Origin: Heterodontus francisci
Lineage: Eukaryota
Length of the DNA: 64,000 bases
NCBI RefSeq assembly: GCF_036365525.1
Contig: NC_090404.1
Location: forward strand, 34,586,236 to 34,650,235
Direction of reading: 5' to 3'
The notes under the pieces were generated by a model. The model made no database searches and was not told where the DNA came from. It worked only from the letters and a program-made list of their open reading frames with translations. The translations under genes and the position numbers were made by a program. Shown here one piece after another: positions 14,390 through 26,494 of the stretch (its first letter is position 1; every line of letters begins with the position of its first letter).

Positions 14390-15810
14390 CACTCTGTCCT
14401 ACTCCCTCCCCATAGCCCTGCATTAATCCCAAATATGTCCCACTGCCCCGCTCTCTCCCATAGCCTGTGACAATTCCAATACAATCCCACTGGCCCGCTG
14501 TCTCCCTTTAGCCCTGTAACAACCCCAAACTAATCCCAATGCCTCACTCCCTCTCCATTTTCCTGCAACAATCACAAATTAATCCCACTGCCTTACTCAC
14601 TCCTAGCCCTGAATCAATCCTAATCGAAACCCACCAATCCCACTGCATTACTCCATGCCTGCAGCTCGATATCAATGTAAAAAAGCACGGCCTCATACTC
14701 TCCCATAGCTCTGCTTCAACTGAAAATTACCCCCATTACCCGCAGTCTTACCATGGCCATATATTAAATGCTAAACCCACCATCCGGCTCTCATCTCATG
14801 GCCTGATGTTAATACCAAACTATTTGCACTGCTCCAGCCTCTCTCAATCGACCTATGTAAATTCAAAGCTAAAGCTACAGCCCCAATCTATCCCCAATGC
14901 CCTGTTAAATTGCTAAAATAATCCCACTACTCCGCTTTCACCAGAGACATATAACAATCCCAAAATGTTATATCTCCCCGATCCTTATCTATAACCCTGC
15001 ACCAAATACAATCAAATTGCACCTTCCCACTCTCTTCCCTTGTGCTGTTTGAATCTACAACGAATCTCACTGTTTTACGTAATCCCCATAGTCGTGTTTA
15101 AACCCAAAACTAACGCTATTGGTCCATTCTCTTTCCATTGTGCTTTATCAATCCAAAGGTACTCCCACAGGCCCTGACTCTCCTCGTAGTCTTGTATCAA
15201 CTCCAAACTGAATGCCGCTTGTTCTCATTCCTAAAATAATCCCACTAATCCACGCAATTCCCATTGCAGCATCGATCAAAAACAAATCCCACCCCCAGTT
15301 CTCTACCTGCAGCTCTGTAATAATCCCAAAGTAATCCACTGCCCAGCTCTCGCCCCATAGCCATGAATGAATCTAAAACGAAAAATATGACCACACTCTA
15401 CCCCTTAGATCTGCAACAATGACAAGGTAATCCCACTGTCATGTTCTTTTCCCATAGTTTGGTATCAATCCCATACTAATCTGACTGCCACGCTCAATCA
15501 GAGGGTCGTGAGTCTTTGGAATTATCTTCCGCAAAAGGTACTGGAAGCAAAGTCTTTGAATATTTTTAAGGCCGAGGTAGATAGATTCTTGATAAGCAAG
15601 GGGGTGGAAGGTTATCGGGGGAAGGTGGAAATGTGGAGCAATCAGTTCAGCCATGAACCTATTGAATGGCAAAGCAGGCTCGAGGGGTCGAGTGGCCTAC
15701 TCCTGCTCCTAATTCGTATGTTTGTATCCATCACTAATCGTGCTGCCCTACTCTCTCCCCATATTCCTGTATAAATCACAAACTGATCCACCGTTCCAAT
15801 CTTTCTCGCA
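14390..15810. repeat. Degenerate ~47-bp minisatellite, block 1 (CR1 tail inserted at ~15500-15727)
   Basis: Recurrent unit ~aatcccactgccccgctctctcccatagccctgtatcaatcccaaact. Confidence 0.8.
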
Positions 15811-17503
15811 GTCTTGACATTCCAGGAGCATTAATAATGAATCATGGGCTAGAAGTCACTAAAGTTAACGTAAGCAAGCAAACAGTATTTGAAAAACAAT
15901 ATGGCTCGAAAGACCTGATTGTTTCCAACACATGATTCTTAAAAGGCAGAAGAGAATCGTAGAATCATTGAAAGTTTAAGGCACAGAAAGAGGCCACTTG
16001 GCCCATCGTGTCTGTGCTGGCCGAAGAACGATCCACCCATATTAAACCCACCTTCCAGCATTTGATCTGAAGCCCTGCCGATTACGGCACTTGAGGTGCA
16101 CATCCAGACTCCTTTTGAATGAATTGAGGGTTTGTGCCTCAACAACTCTTTCAGGCAGTGAGTTCCAGACGCCCAACACACTCTGGGTGGGAAAATATTT
16201 CTACCAATCACTTTAAATGTATTCTTCCCAGTCACTGCACTCCCTGCTAAGGTAAATAGGCCCTTCATCTCCACTCTATCCAGGCAACTCAAAGTGTTGT
16301 ACATTTCAATCAGATCTCCCTGAGCCTTCTCTATTGTAAGGAGAAGAACCCCAGCCTATCCAATCTTTCCTCATAGCTGCATTTTTCCAGTCCTGGCAAC
16401 ATCCTCGTAAATCTCCTCTGTCCCCTCTCTACTGCAATTGCATTCTTTCTGTAATGCGGTGACCAGAACTGCATGTAGTGCTCAAGTTGTGGCCTAATCA
16501 ATGAGTTATACAGTTCCAGCATAACATCCATGATCTTATATTCTATACCTCGGCTAAAAAAAGGAAAGGATTCCATATGCCTTCTTAACCACCCTATCGA
16601 CCAGTCTTGCTATACCTTCAGGGATCTGTGGACAGTCACTTTAAGTTCCCACTTCCTCTACACTTCTCAGTATTTTCCCATTAATCGTGTATTCCTTTGC
16701 CTTGGTTGACCTCTCCAAATGCATCACCTCACACTTCTCCAGTTTGAATTCCATTTGCCACTTTTCTGCCCATCTGACCAGACCATCAATATAGTCCTGC
16801 AGCCAACAGCTACCTCGCTATCTATCTATCGGCCAATCTTTGTTTCATCTCCAAACTTCTTGATCATGACCCCTATATTTACGTCCAAATAGTTACTGCA
16901 TACCACAAAAAGCAGGGGATCCAATACTGAGCACTGCGGAACGCCACTGGAAACAGCCCACCAGGCGCTAAAACACCCGTCAAATATTATCCTTTGGTTC
17001 CTGCCACTGAGCCAATTTTGTATCCACCTTGCTGCATTTCCCTGGATCCCATGTTTTTTTATAACCAATCTACCATCTGGGACCTTGTCAAACGCCTTGC
17101 TAAAATCCATGTTAGACCACATCAACTGCACTACACTTATCATTCTTCCTTGTTATGTCTTGAAAAAATTCGATCTAAAAAGACAATATCTTCCCGTAAC
17201 AAATCCATGCTGACTATCCTTGATTATCCTATGCCTTTCTATGTGACAGGTTATCCTGCCTCTCAGTATAGATTCCAAAAAATTGTTCACTACTGAGGTT
17301 AGACTGACTGGCCTGTAATTATTCAGTCTCTCACTCACCCCATTTTTAAACAGAGATACAACCTTAGCAGTTCTCCAATTATCTGGTATCCCATTGTATC
17401 CAGTGAGGACCTCAAAATGATGGTCAGACCGTCTGCCAAACCTCTCTTGCTTCTTTAACAGCCTCGGGTGCATTATATCCGGCCCTAGTGATTTTTCAAC
17501 TTT

Positions 17504-18176
17504 TGTTGTGCCGAACACGCACTCTACCTTTAAAGAATCTGCGGAATCCGATTGGTGAAAGGTATATCGATATTTTATTCACACACTAAATCATCAAGTA
17601 CAAGCTTTCACTACTTGTACAGTATCGACACTCATCAAAGTACAAGCTCTCACTACTTGCACAGTATATTACCCGTCAAGACACAGGGTGATCAGTCTCG
17701 GACTTGTAGCTGCTCTTCTGTTCTCTGAGCCCCTGGCTCAGGATATCTTCTCGAGTGTTCTTCCCCGGGGGTTCTTGTACCTTCCTCAGTTTCAGACAGG
17801 GATTAAATCTTGTTTCTAAGACCGGCCCCTCTTACTTACTCATTGGGGTCTGGTATAATGACATAATGATAATTCCTTATTTGGCTCAGTGAGAACCTGT
17901 TCAAAACTTCACAGTTTTCCATTGTCTGTTATGAGTTTAATCATATCTGGTGTCCACGATGACTCCCTATGTTTGCTACGTTCAAGGACAGTTTCTGGGA
18001 TCCTCCTGAATACCTTTTCTGTGCTATCTACGATTCCTCAGCGATCTGTGTGCTGTGCCCCTTTCTACTCATCCTCCCTGTGCTTCAACACACTGTTCAT
18101 TGTAGTGTGACTAGCCCTTTTGTTTTTAACTAAGTTCTTATGTGTTTTTGCGATATGTGTTTTTACTGGGTCTGCA
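17504..18176 (-). mobile_element. Solo LTR-like insertion, 673 bp, 4-bp TSD
   Basis: TG...CA termini and TSD CTTT (17500-17503, 18177-18180). Removing it rejoins the CR1 ORF2. Minus-strand AATAAA near 17574-17579 and an internal ~33-bp duplication. Confidence 0.7.
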
Positions 18177-18794
18177 CTTTCAAGGATGCTAATTCCATGA
18201 ATACTTCCTCTTTCCCAACGTTTATCACATCCAATACTTCACATCCCTCTTCCTTAACTACAATATCTGCATCATCCCCTCTTTTGTGAAGACAGACGCA
18301 AAGTGTGCATTAATAAGAATACCAACATCTTCCACCCTTATACATAGGTTGCCATGTTGGTCTTTAATGGGCCCCACTCTCTCCTTAGTTATCCTCTTCC
18401 TCTTAATGCATTGATAAAACATCTTTGGGTTCACCTTGATTTTGCTTGCCAATATTCTTTCATGCCCTTTCTTTGCTTTCCTAATTTCCTTTTCGATTTC
18501 ACCTCCCCACTTTCTATACTTCTCTCGGCTTCCTTGGTATTACGTTCTCAGTGTCGGACTTAAGTTTCCCTTTTTTGCCTTATATTCCTCTGTAGGCTCC
18601 TTGATATCCATGGGGCTCCAGGTTTGTCCGCCTTACCCTTTTTCTTTGTGGGAACATGTTTACTCTGAACCTCTTGAATTTCCTCTTTGAATGCTTCGCA
18701 TTGATCTGACACTGATTTAGCTCCAAGTAGGTTTTTCCAGTCGATTTTCGCTAAATCACTCCTCAGTTTAGTAAAATTGGCTTTGCCCCAATTG

Positions 18795-19077
18795 AACAAA
18801 GAACAAAGAACAAAGAAAATTACAGCACAGGAACAGGCCCTTCGGCCGTCCAAGCCTGCGCCGATCCAGATCCTCCATCTAAACATGTCGCCTATTTTCT
18901 AAGGGTCTGTATCTCCTTGCTTCCTGCCCATTCATGTATCTGTCTAGATACATCTTAAAAGATGCTATCGTGCCCGCATCTACCATCTTTGCTGGCAACG
19001 CATTCCAGGCACCCACCACCCTCTGTGTGAAGAACTTTCCACGCATAACCCCCCTAAACTTTTCCCCTCTCACTTTG
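18795..19077 (-). mobile_element. Young 5'-truncated CR1/HER1 3' fragment nested in the older LINE
   Basis: (AGAACAA)n tail and KVRGEKFRG..RGKFFTQRVV end of ORF2, inserted in the APE-linker region of the host. Explains chimeric ORFs 18879-19352 and 18560-18886. Confidence 0.85.
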
Positions 19078-21534
19078 AGAAGTCTAACTCCTGTTCTATC
19101 CCTATCCTTTTCCCTAATAATGTTAAAATTGACTGAATTATGATCACTACCACCAAAATGCTCTCCCACTGTCACTCCTTCCACTTGCCCATCTTTATTT
19201 CCTAAAACTAAATCTAAAACTGCACTCTCTCTTGTTGGACTTGCTACATACTGGGCAAAAAGGTTCTCCTGAATGCACATCAAGAATTCTGCTCCCTCAA
19301 TTCCTTTCACACTACAACTATCCCAGTTAATATTGGGGTAGTTAAAACCCACAACTATTACTGCTCTATTGTTCGTGTATCAGAGGTTTGCCGACATATC
19401 TGCTCTTCTATCTCCCTTTGAATGTTTGGAGGTCTATAATACAGTCCCAGCAGTGTGATTTCCCAGTTTCGTTCCTTAGTTCAATCCATATGGCCTCATC
19501 TGATGAATCTTCCAACACATCATCCCTTCTCACAGCTGTAATAGATTCTTTTTCCAAAATTGACCCTCCCTCTCCTTTCTTATCTCCCTCCCTATTGCGT
19601 CTGAAAACCCTGTAACCAGGAGCATTGAGCTGCCATTCCTGTCTCTCCTTCAGCCACGTTTCTGTCGCCACGTGTTTATATGTGCCCTCAGTTTATCTGA
19701 TTTATTTGCTATACTCCTTGCATTGAAATGGATACCCTTGAGCACTGCCAAACTCTTTATTTTTATTTTCTAACCTTTGTTTCCACTGTCTTCCAGACTC
19801 ATCCATTTATTTTCTGCTTTCCATTTTCATTTCTGATTTGGTCAAAACTGAGTCGACCCTCATGTCCCCTTCTCCCTGTCAAACTAGTTTAATCCCTCCC
19901 CAACAGCACTAGCAAATCGTCCCACAAGGAACTCAGTCCAGGCTCTGTTCAGGTGCAGTCCATCCAGCCTGTACATCTCCCCTAGAGCCGGTCCCAATAT
20001 CCCAGGAATCTGAAGCTCTCCCTCATGCACCATCTTTCCAGTCACGCATTAATTTGACTTACCCTTCTATTTCTATACTCACTTGCGTGTGGCACTGGGA
20101 GTAATCTGGAGCATACTACTTTTGAGGTCCTGCTTGCTAATTTCTTACCTAGCTCCCTAAATTCTGACTGCAGGACCACATCCCTCTTTCTACCTATGTC
20201 GTTGGTTCTGATATGGACCACAACTGCTGGCTGTTCACCCTTCTCCTTCACGATGCTATGCAGCTACTCAGTGGCATCCTTGACCCTGGCACCAGGAGGC
20301 AACACACCATCCTGCATTCACGTCTGCGTCCACAGAAACGCCTGCTTGATCCTCTGGCTATTGCAGCACCTATCACTGTAGCTCTTCCAGTCTTTCCTGT
20401 AACCCCCACCACCCCACCCCGGTGCAGCTGAGCTACCCGAGGTGCCATGGACCTGGCTCTGGCTGCAGTCCCCAGGTGAAGCTTCACTTTCCTCAGTATT
20501 CAGAACTGAACAGCTGTTGGAGAGTGAGATGCAGTAAGGGGTCACCTGCACCACCTGCCTGCTTATTTTTGACAGCCTGGTGGTCACACATTCACTGTCT
20601 TCCTACATACTCTTAAGCTGCGAGGTGACAAGATCTATCAACATGCTATCCAGGTAGCTCTCATCCTTACAAATGCACCGCAGTGTCGCTCGCTGCTGCT
20701 CACGTTCCAAGGCCCGGAGGTCAAGATGCTACAATTGAAAATTCGTTGGTCATAAAATTCCAAAGCTATCTGGATTGAAGAATTGTTCCCTTCGGCAGGA
20801 CAATTGAAGCATAATTATTATTTCAGAAAAGTGAGCGAGCGATAAACCAGTAAATTATAGATCTTTGCATTTAATATCTACTGTGGGGAAGTTACTGTAC
20901 TCCATAATGAAGGAAAGAGTGACTGAGAACTCAAAGGAGGTTAAACTGATTCTCAGGAGCTAATACGGATTTGCAAAAGATAAGTCATGTTTAACGAGCC
21001 TAATTGAAATTTGAAGAAACAACTAAAGGATTGGGTAAGGGAGTGTCTATGGATGTTACTTATATGGACTTTCACAATGTATTTGATAAGTTCCTCAAGA
21101 ACGACTGCGAACTAAAATTAATGTGCATGGAATTGAAGGGAAATTACTGACCTGTTTCGGAGATTAGTTCGGTTGTAGAAGACAGAAAGTAGAGATAATA
21201 TGTCTGCACATGCATCGTAAGGAAGTGACAGTGGTTCTCCACAGTTATTTGTGGTGGAGCCTCCTCTGCTCACTATATGTTCAGAGGAGCAGTTAGGAAA
21301 CACTTCTTTATGCAAGATATAGTAGAAGTGTGGAACTCCCTTCCACAAGCAACAACGCATGCTCGCTCAATTAATAATTTTATACGGAAACCGATTGATT
21401 TTTTTTTCTAGCGATGTTATAAAAGGATATGTAACCAAGGCAGGCGTGCAGAGTTTAGTTACATATCAGCCAGTATCTCATTGAAGTGTGGAAAGGGATC
21501 GAGAGGCTGAATGACTCCTGCTCCAATGTCCCTA

Positions 21535-23405
21535 TGTATCAACTCAAAACTAATCCTGCAGGCTATCTCTCTTCCACAGCTCTGCAACGATCCGAAACTA
21601 ATCACCCTGCCACAGTTTTACTCCATAGTTCGGTACCAAATCCCATTCTATTCCACTGACATGCACTCTCCCAATAGCCTCGTACCAATTCTAAACTAAA
21701 TCCACTGCCCCGGTCTTACCCTATAGGCCTGTATCAGTCCAAATTAATCCCACTGCCCCAAACTTTCCCTATAGTCCTGTATGAATCTAAAACCAGACTC
21801 AGTGCCCCGCACTTACTATATAGCCCTGCACCTATCTTCAACTACATTCACCGCACCCCCCCCCCCCGTTACAACTATAGATCTGCATCAATCCAAACCA
21901 ATCCCCCTACCCCACCCTCTCCCCATAACGTTGCATGAATCCAAAATTATACTAAGTGCCCTGCACTTACTGTATAGCCCTGTACCATCCTGTAACTGTT
22001 TCCACTGTCCCAGTCTTTAGCATAGTCCTGTATCATTCCCCAAACTATTGCCACTGCCTAGCTCTCTCCCTATTATCCTGCATCAGTCACAATCTTAGCC
22101 CACGATCCATTCTTTCTTCATAGTCCAGCATCAACCACAAAGAAACCCATAGTCCCGTTCTGAAACAAACTAAACAGATTACCAAGATCTCTCCCATTGC
22201 CATGTTTCAACCAAAAACTAATCTCATAACCACTCTCTCTCTCTCTCCATAGATCAATGGGAGGCCTAACCTAACCCCACTGCACTGCTTACTGTCCACA
22301 ATCCAGTATGTATCACACTGCCTACGTTCTCCTCAAAGCCTGGAATCAATCCTAAGCCAATTCCACTGACCTGCTGTCGCCTCAAAATCCTCTATCAAAG
22401 TGAAACTAAGTTTGCTGTCACCATCTTGCCATATTTCTGTGTCAATCCTAAACAAATATCAGAGGCATGTTGCATCCCTGTAGACCACTGTACATCCAAA
22501 ACTGGATGCGTTGCCCCACTGGCTCTGTATCGATCCCATACCAATATCACTTCTACGCTCTCACTCCATAGTCCTGTGTCAATCTAGAACAATTCCTACT
22601 ACCCATGATCTTCCTAAGAGCTCGTCGCCATTTATAAACAAATCCTATGGCACCACAACCCCTATAGCCCAACCCCTATAGCCCAACCCCTAGGGCGGCA
22701 CAGTGGCGCAGTGGTTAGCACTGCAGCCTCACAGCTCCAGGGACCCGGGTTCGATTCCGGGTACTGCCTGTGTGGAGTTTGCAAGTTCTCCCTGTGTCTG
22801 CGTGGGTTTTCTCCGGGTGCTCTGGTTTCCTCCCACAAGCCAAAAGACTTGCAGGTTGATAGGTAAAATTGGCCATTATAAATTGTCACTAGTATAGGTA
22901 GGTGATAGGGAAATATAGCGACAGGTGGGGATGTTTGGTAGGAATATGGGATTAGTGTAGGATTAGTATAAATGGGTGGTTGATGTTCGGCACAGACTCG
23001 GTGGGCTGAAGGGCCTGTTTCAGTGCTGTATCTCTAATCTAATCTAAAACAATCCCAAAATAAAGCCACTTTCCGTCCCCTCCATACGCCAAATCACTCT
23101 CATTGCCTCACTATCTCCCGAAGCCCTATATCATTCCCAAACTTCTCCCACGGTCGCGCGATTTTCTAACAGCCCTGTATCAATTTGGCATGTGCCACAT
23201 TCACAACAATCCCAAACTAATCCCACTGAATTATGCTTTCCCCAGAGCCCTGCATCAATACCAATCTTCTCCCAATGACCGGTTACTTTCTCGTTGCCCT
23301 GTCGCAATCCAACTGTAACTGAACTCCTCACTTTCCCCCCATATCCCTGTATCAATCCAAAACATCTTCTGCTGACCAATCTTCCATCAATGCCCTATAT
23401 CAATC
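21535..23405. repeat. Degenerate ~47-bp minisatellite, block 2 (HE1 SINE inserted)
   Basis: Same unit and orientation as block 1. Confidence 0.8.
22693..23047 (+). mobile_element. HE1-type SINE (young)
   Basis: A box TGGCGCAGTGG, B box GGTTCGATTCC, (TCTAA)n tail. Confidence 0.92.
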
Positions 23406-23589
23406 CGATAAAGAGCCTGCAAGATGCAAAGAACAGTAAAATTCAAGGGGACTGGGCGAGATATAAAGAACTGAAAAGGAACAAAAAAAAACAGAACAAC
23501 AGAAAGGGAATACAAAAGAAAGTTGTGAGGGTTACAGATATGAACACAGAAAGATTTAACAATTATATGAGAAGAAGAGGAGTAGTCAA

Positions 23590-24820
23590 CGGTAGAATAG
23601 AATCCTCGAATAATAGAAATTACAGCACAGTTTCGGCCTTTCGGCCCTTCATGCCCATAGCAGATTAGAAACAGTCGTCCAGTGTAATCCCACATACCAG
23701 CTTTGTCTCCCGAACCCTAAAAATTAGTCATCTTCAAGTACATGCCCAATTGCCTTTTAACTTTCTTGTGGAATTTTCTTCCACTATTCTTTCAGGTCGG
23801 GCATTCCAGACCTTAACCCTCAGTACGAAGAAATTTCTTCTCAGTCCCCCTTTTACAGTCATTGAGTCATAGAGTCGGACAGCACAGAAACAGGCCCTTC
23901 GACTCACCGCGTCCATGCTGACCATAATGCCTATCTATGCTAATCTCACCTGCCTGCATTAATTCCATATCCCTCTGTGCCTTGCTTATTCAAGTACCTG
24001 TCCAGGTGCCTCTGAAATGTTGCAACTGTTCCTGCCTCCACCACCTCCTCAGGCAGCTCATTCCAGATACCCACTATACTTTGTGTGAAAAATTTACCCC
24101 TTTGATCCCCTTTAACCCTCCTCCCTCTCACCTTAAATCTATGCCCTCCAGTTTTAGTCACCCCTACCATGGGAAACAGACTCTGGCTATCTACCCTATC
24201 TATGCCTCTCATGATTTTATATACCTCTATCATGTCCCCTCTCAGCCTTCTTCGCTCCAGGGAAAACAGACCCAGCCTATCTAATTTCTCTTTATAACTC
24301 AAGCCCTCCAAACCAGGCAACATCCTTGAGAATCTTTTTTGCACCTTCTCCAGCTTAATCACATCTTTTCTGTACTCCTTTGACATTGATGTTATGACTT
24401 TTGATTACTGAACCTCTTGATGGTGAAAGGAGTTTTTCACTACGTGCTCGATCAAAACCTTCATAATTTTGGATACCTATATGACATCTCCCCTTAATCT
24501 TCTCTTCTCTCGGTGAACAATCACAACTTTTACAATTTCCCCACATAACTAAACTCCCTCATCCCTGGCATCATCCTGGTAAACCTCCTCTCTACTCTCT
24601 CTAAGGCCGTGACATCCTACCAACAGTGCCATGCGGAGAATTGTACTCAATACGCTAGCAGAGGCCGAACTAAATGTTTAGAAACGTGTAATATGATTGC
24701 CTTGTTTCTGATTTCAATATCTATATTAACAAAGCCAAGTATCCTATTCACTTTCTTAACCACTTTGCCAACTTTCCCTGCCGCAAACAAAGATTTGTAA
24801 ATGTGTATCCCGAGGTACCG
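23590..24820 (-). mobile_element. Nested minus-strand CR1 3' fragments; the older one resumes at ~31371-31630
   Basis: ORF 23946-24386 (ERRRLRGDMIEVYKI, FFTQSIV) lies inside an older CR1 3' end. Confidence 0.8.
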
Positions 24821-26494
24821 AATTTGATAATAAAACTGATAAAAATTGATTAAAACACTAATTAACTAATTAATAAGTAGAGTAACTACACCAGAGGGAG
24901 GAGATTACTGTATTTAGTTAGCATTTGTATTTATTGTAGAAATCTAGCACCAGGGACAATATAGTTAAGTGTATCATAATTTAGTAAGGATTTAATAAGT
25001 ATTTATTTATTTATTATTAATTAACTAATTAGTTTTAGAAATGTCAGTTAGAGGGGTGAAGTGCTTCACCTGTGAGATTGTGGGAAGTCCGTGACGCTTC
25101 CAGCGTTCTGGGCGACCACATCTGCAGGAAGTGCACTCAGTTGCACCTCCTCACAGACCGCATGGATCGGTTGTAGCGGCAACTGGATGCAGTTAGGAGC
25201 ATGCAGGTGGCGGAAAGCATCATAAACAGGAGTTTTAGAGAAGTGGTTACTCCCAAAGTGCAGGCAGATAGATGGGTGACCGCTAGAAGGGGCAGGCAGT
25301 CAGTGCAGCAATCCCCTCTGGCTATCCCCCTCTCTAACAAGTATACCGTTTTGGACACTGTTGGGGGGGATGGCCTATCAGGGGAAAACAGCAGCAGCCA
25401 GAGAAGTGGCACCACGGCTGGCACTGTTGTTCAGCAGGGAGGGACAAAGCGCAGAAGAGCAAAAGCAAAAGGGGACTCTAGAGTCCGGGGCACAGGTAGG
25501 CGCTTCTGTGGACGTGAAAGAGACTCCAGGAAGGTATGTTGCCTCCCTGGTGCCAGGGTCAAGGATGTCTCTGAACGGACAGGGGGCATTCTGAAGGGGG
25601 AGGGTGAACAGCCAAAGGTTGTGGTACACATCGGTACCAATGACATAGGCAGGAAGAGTGATGAGGTACTGCAGGGGGAGTTTAGGGAGTTCGGTAGTAA
25701 GTTAAAAAACAGGACCTCTCGGGTTGTGATCTCTGGATTACTCCCTGTGCCACGTGCCAGTGAGGCTAGAAATAGGACGATAGTGCAGCTAAACACGTGG
25801 CTGAGCAGCTGGTGTAGAAGGGAGGATATCTGGACCATTAGGCTCTCTTCAGGGACAGATGGGACCTGTACAAGAAGGACGGGTTGCATCTAAACTGGAA
25901 GGGCACTAATACCCTGGCTGCAAGGTTTGCTAGCGTCACTCGGGAGGGTTTAAACTAGTGTGGCAGGGGGGTGGGAACCAGAGCAGTAGGACAGCTAGTG
26001 AAATAAATGAGAAGGACATAGTAACTAAGGCCAGTGGGACTAAGAGGAAGAGCAGGCAGGGAGATGTTGCTGAGAACAGCGGGACTGGTGGTCTGAAGTG
26101 CATTTGTTTCAATGCAAGAAGTATAACAGGTAAGGCAAATGAACTTAGAGCTTGGATTAGTACTTGGAAATATGATGTTGTTGCTGTTACATAGACTTGG
26201 TTGAGGAAAGGGTAGGATTGGCATCTAAATGTTCCAGGCTTTAGAAGTTTCAGGCGGGATAGAGGGGGATGTAAAAGGGGTGGGGGAGTTGCATTACTGG
26301 TTAAGGAGAGTATCACAGCTGTACTGCAGGAGGACACCTCAGAGGGGTCATGCAGCGAGGCAATATGGGTGGAGCTCAGGAATAGGAAGGGTGCAGTCAC
26401 GATGTTGGGGGTTTACTACAGGCCTCCCAACAACCAGCAGGAGGTAGAGGAGCAGATATGCAGACAGATGTTGCAAAGATGTAAAGGTAACAGG

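Larger units (their letters stand above)
15955..20720 (-). mobile_element. Long degenerate CR1/HER1-type LINE (ORF1 esterase, APE, RT, 3' tail)
   Basis: Minus-strand fragments: [60 protein letters not shown]. Carries two younger insertions. Confidence 0.9.

Noticed and set aside
18560-19352. Apparent novel fusion ORFs
   Set aside because: Explained by a young CR1 3' fragment inserted in an older CR1.
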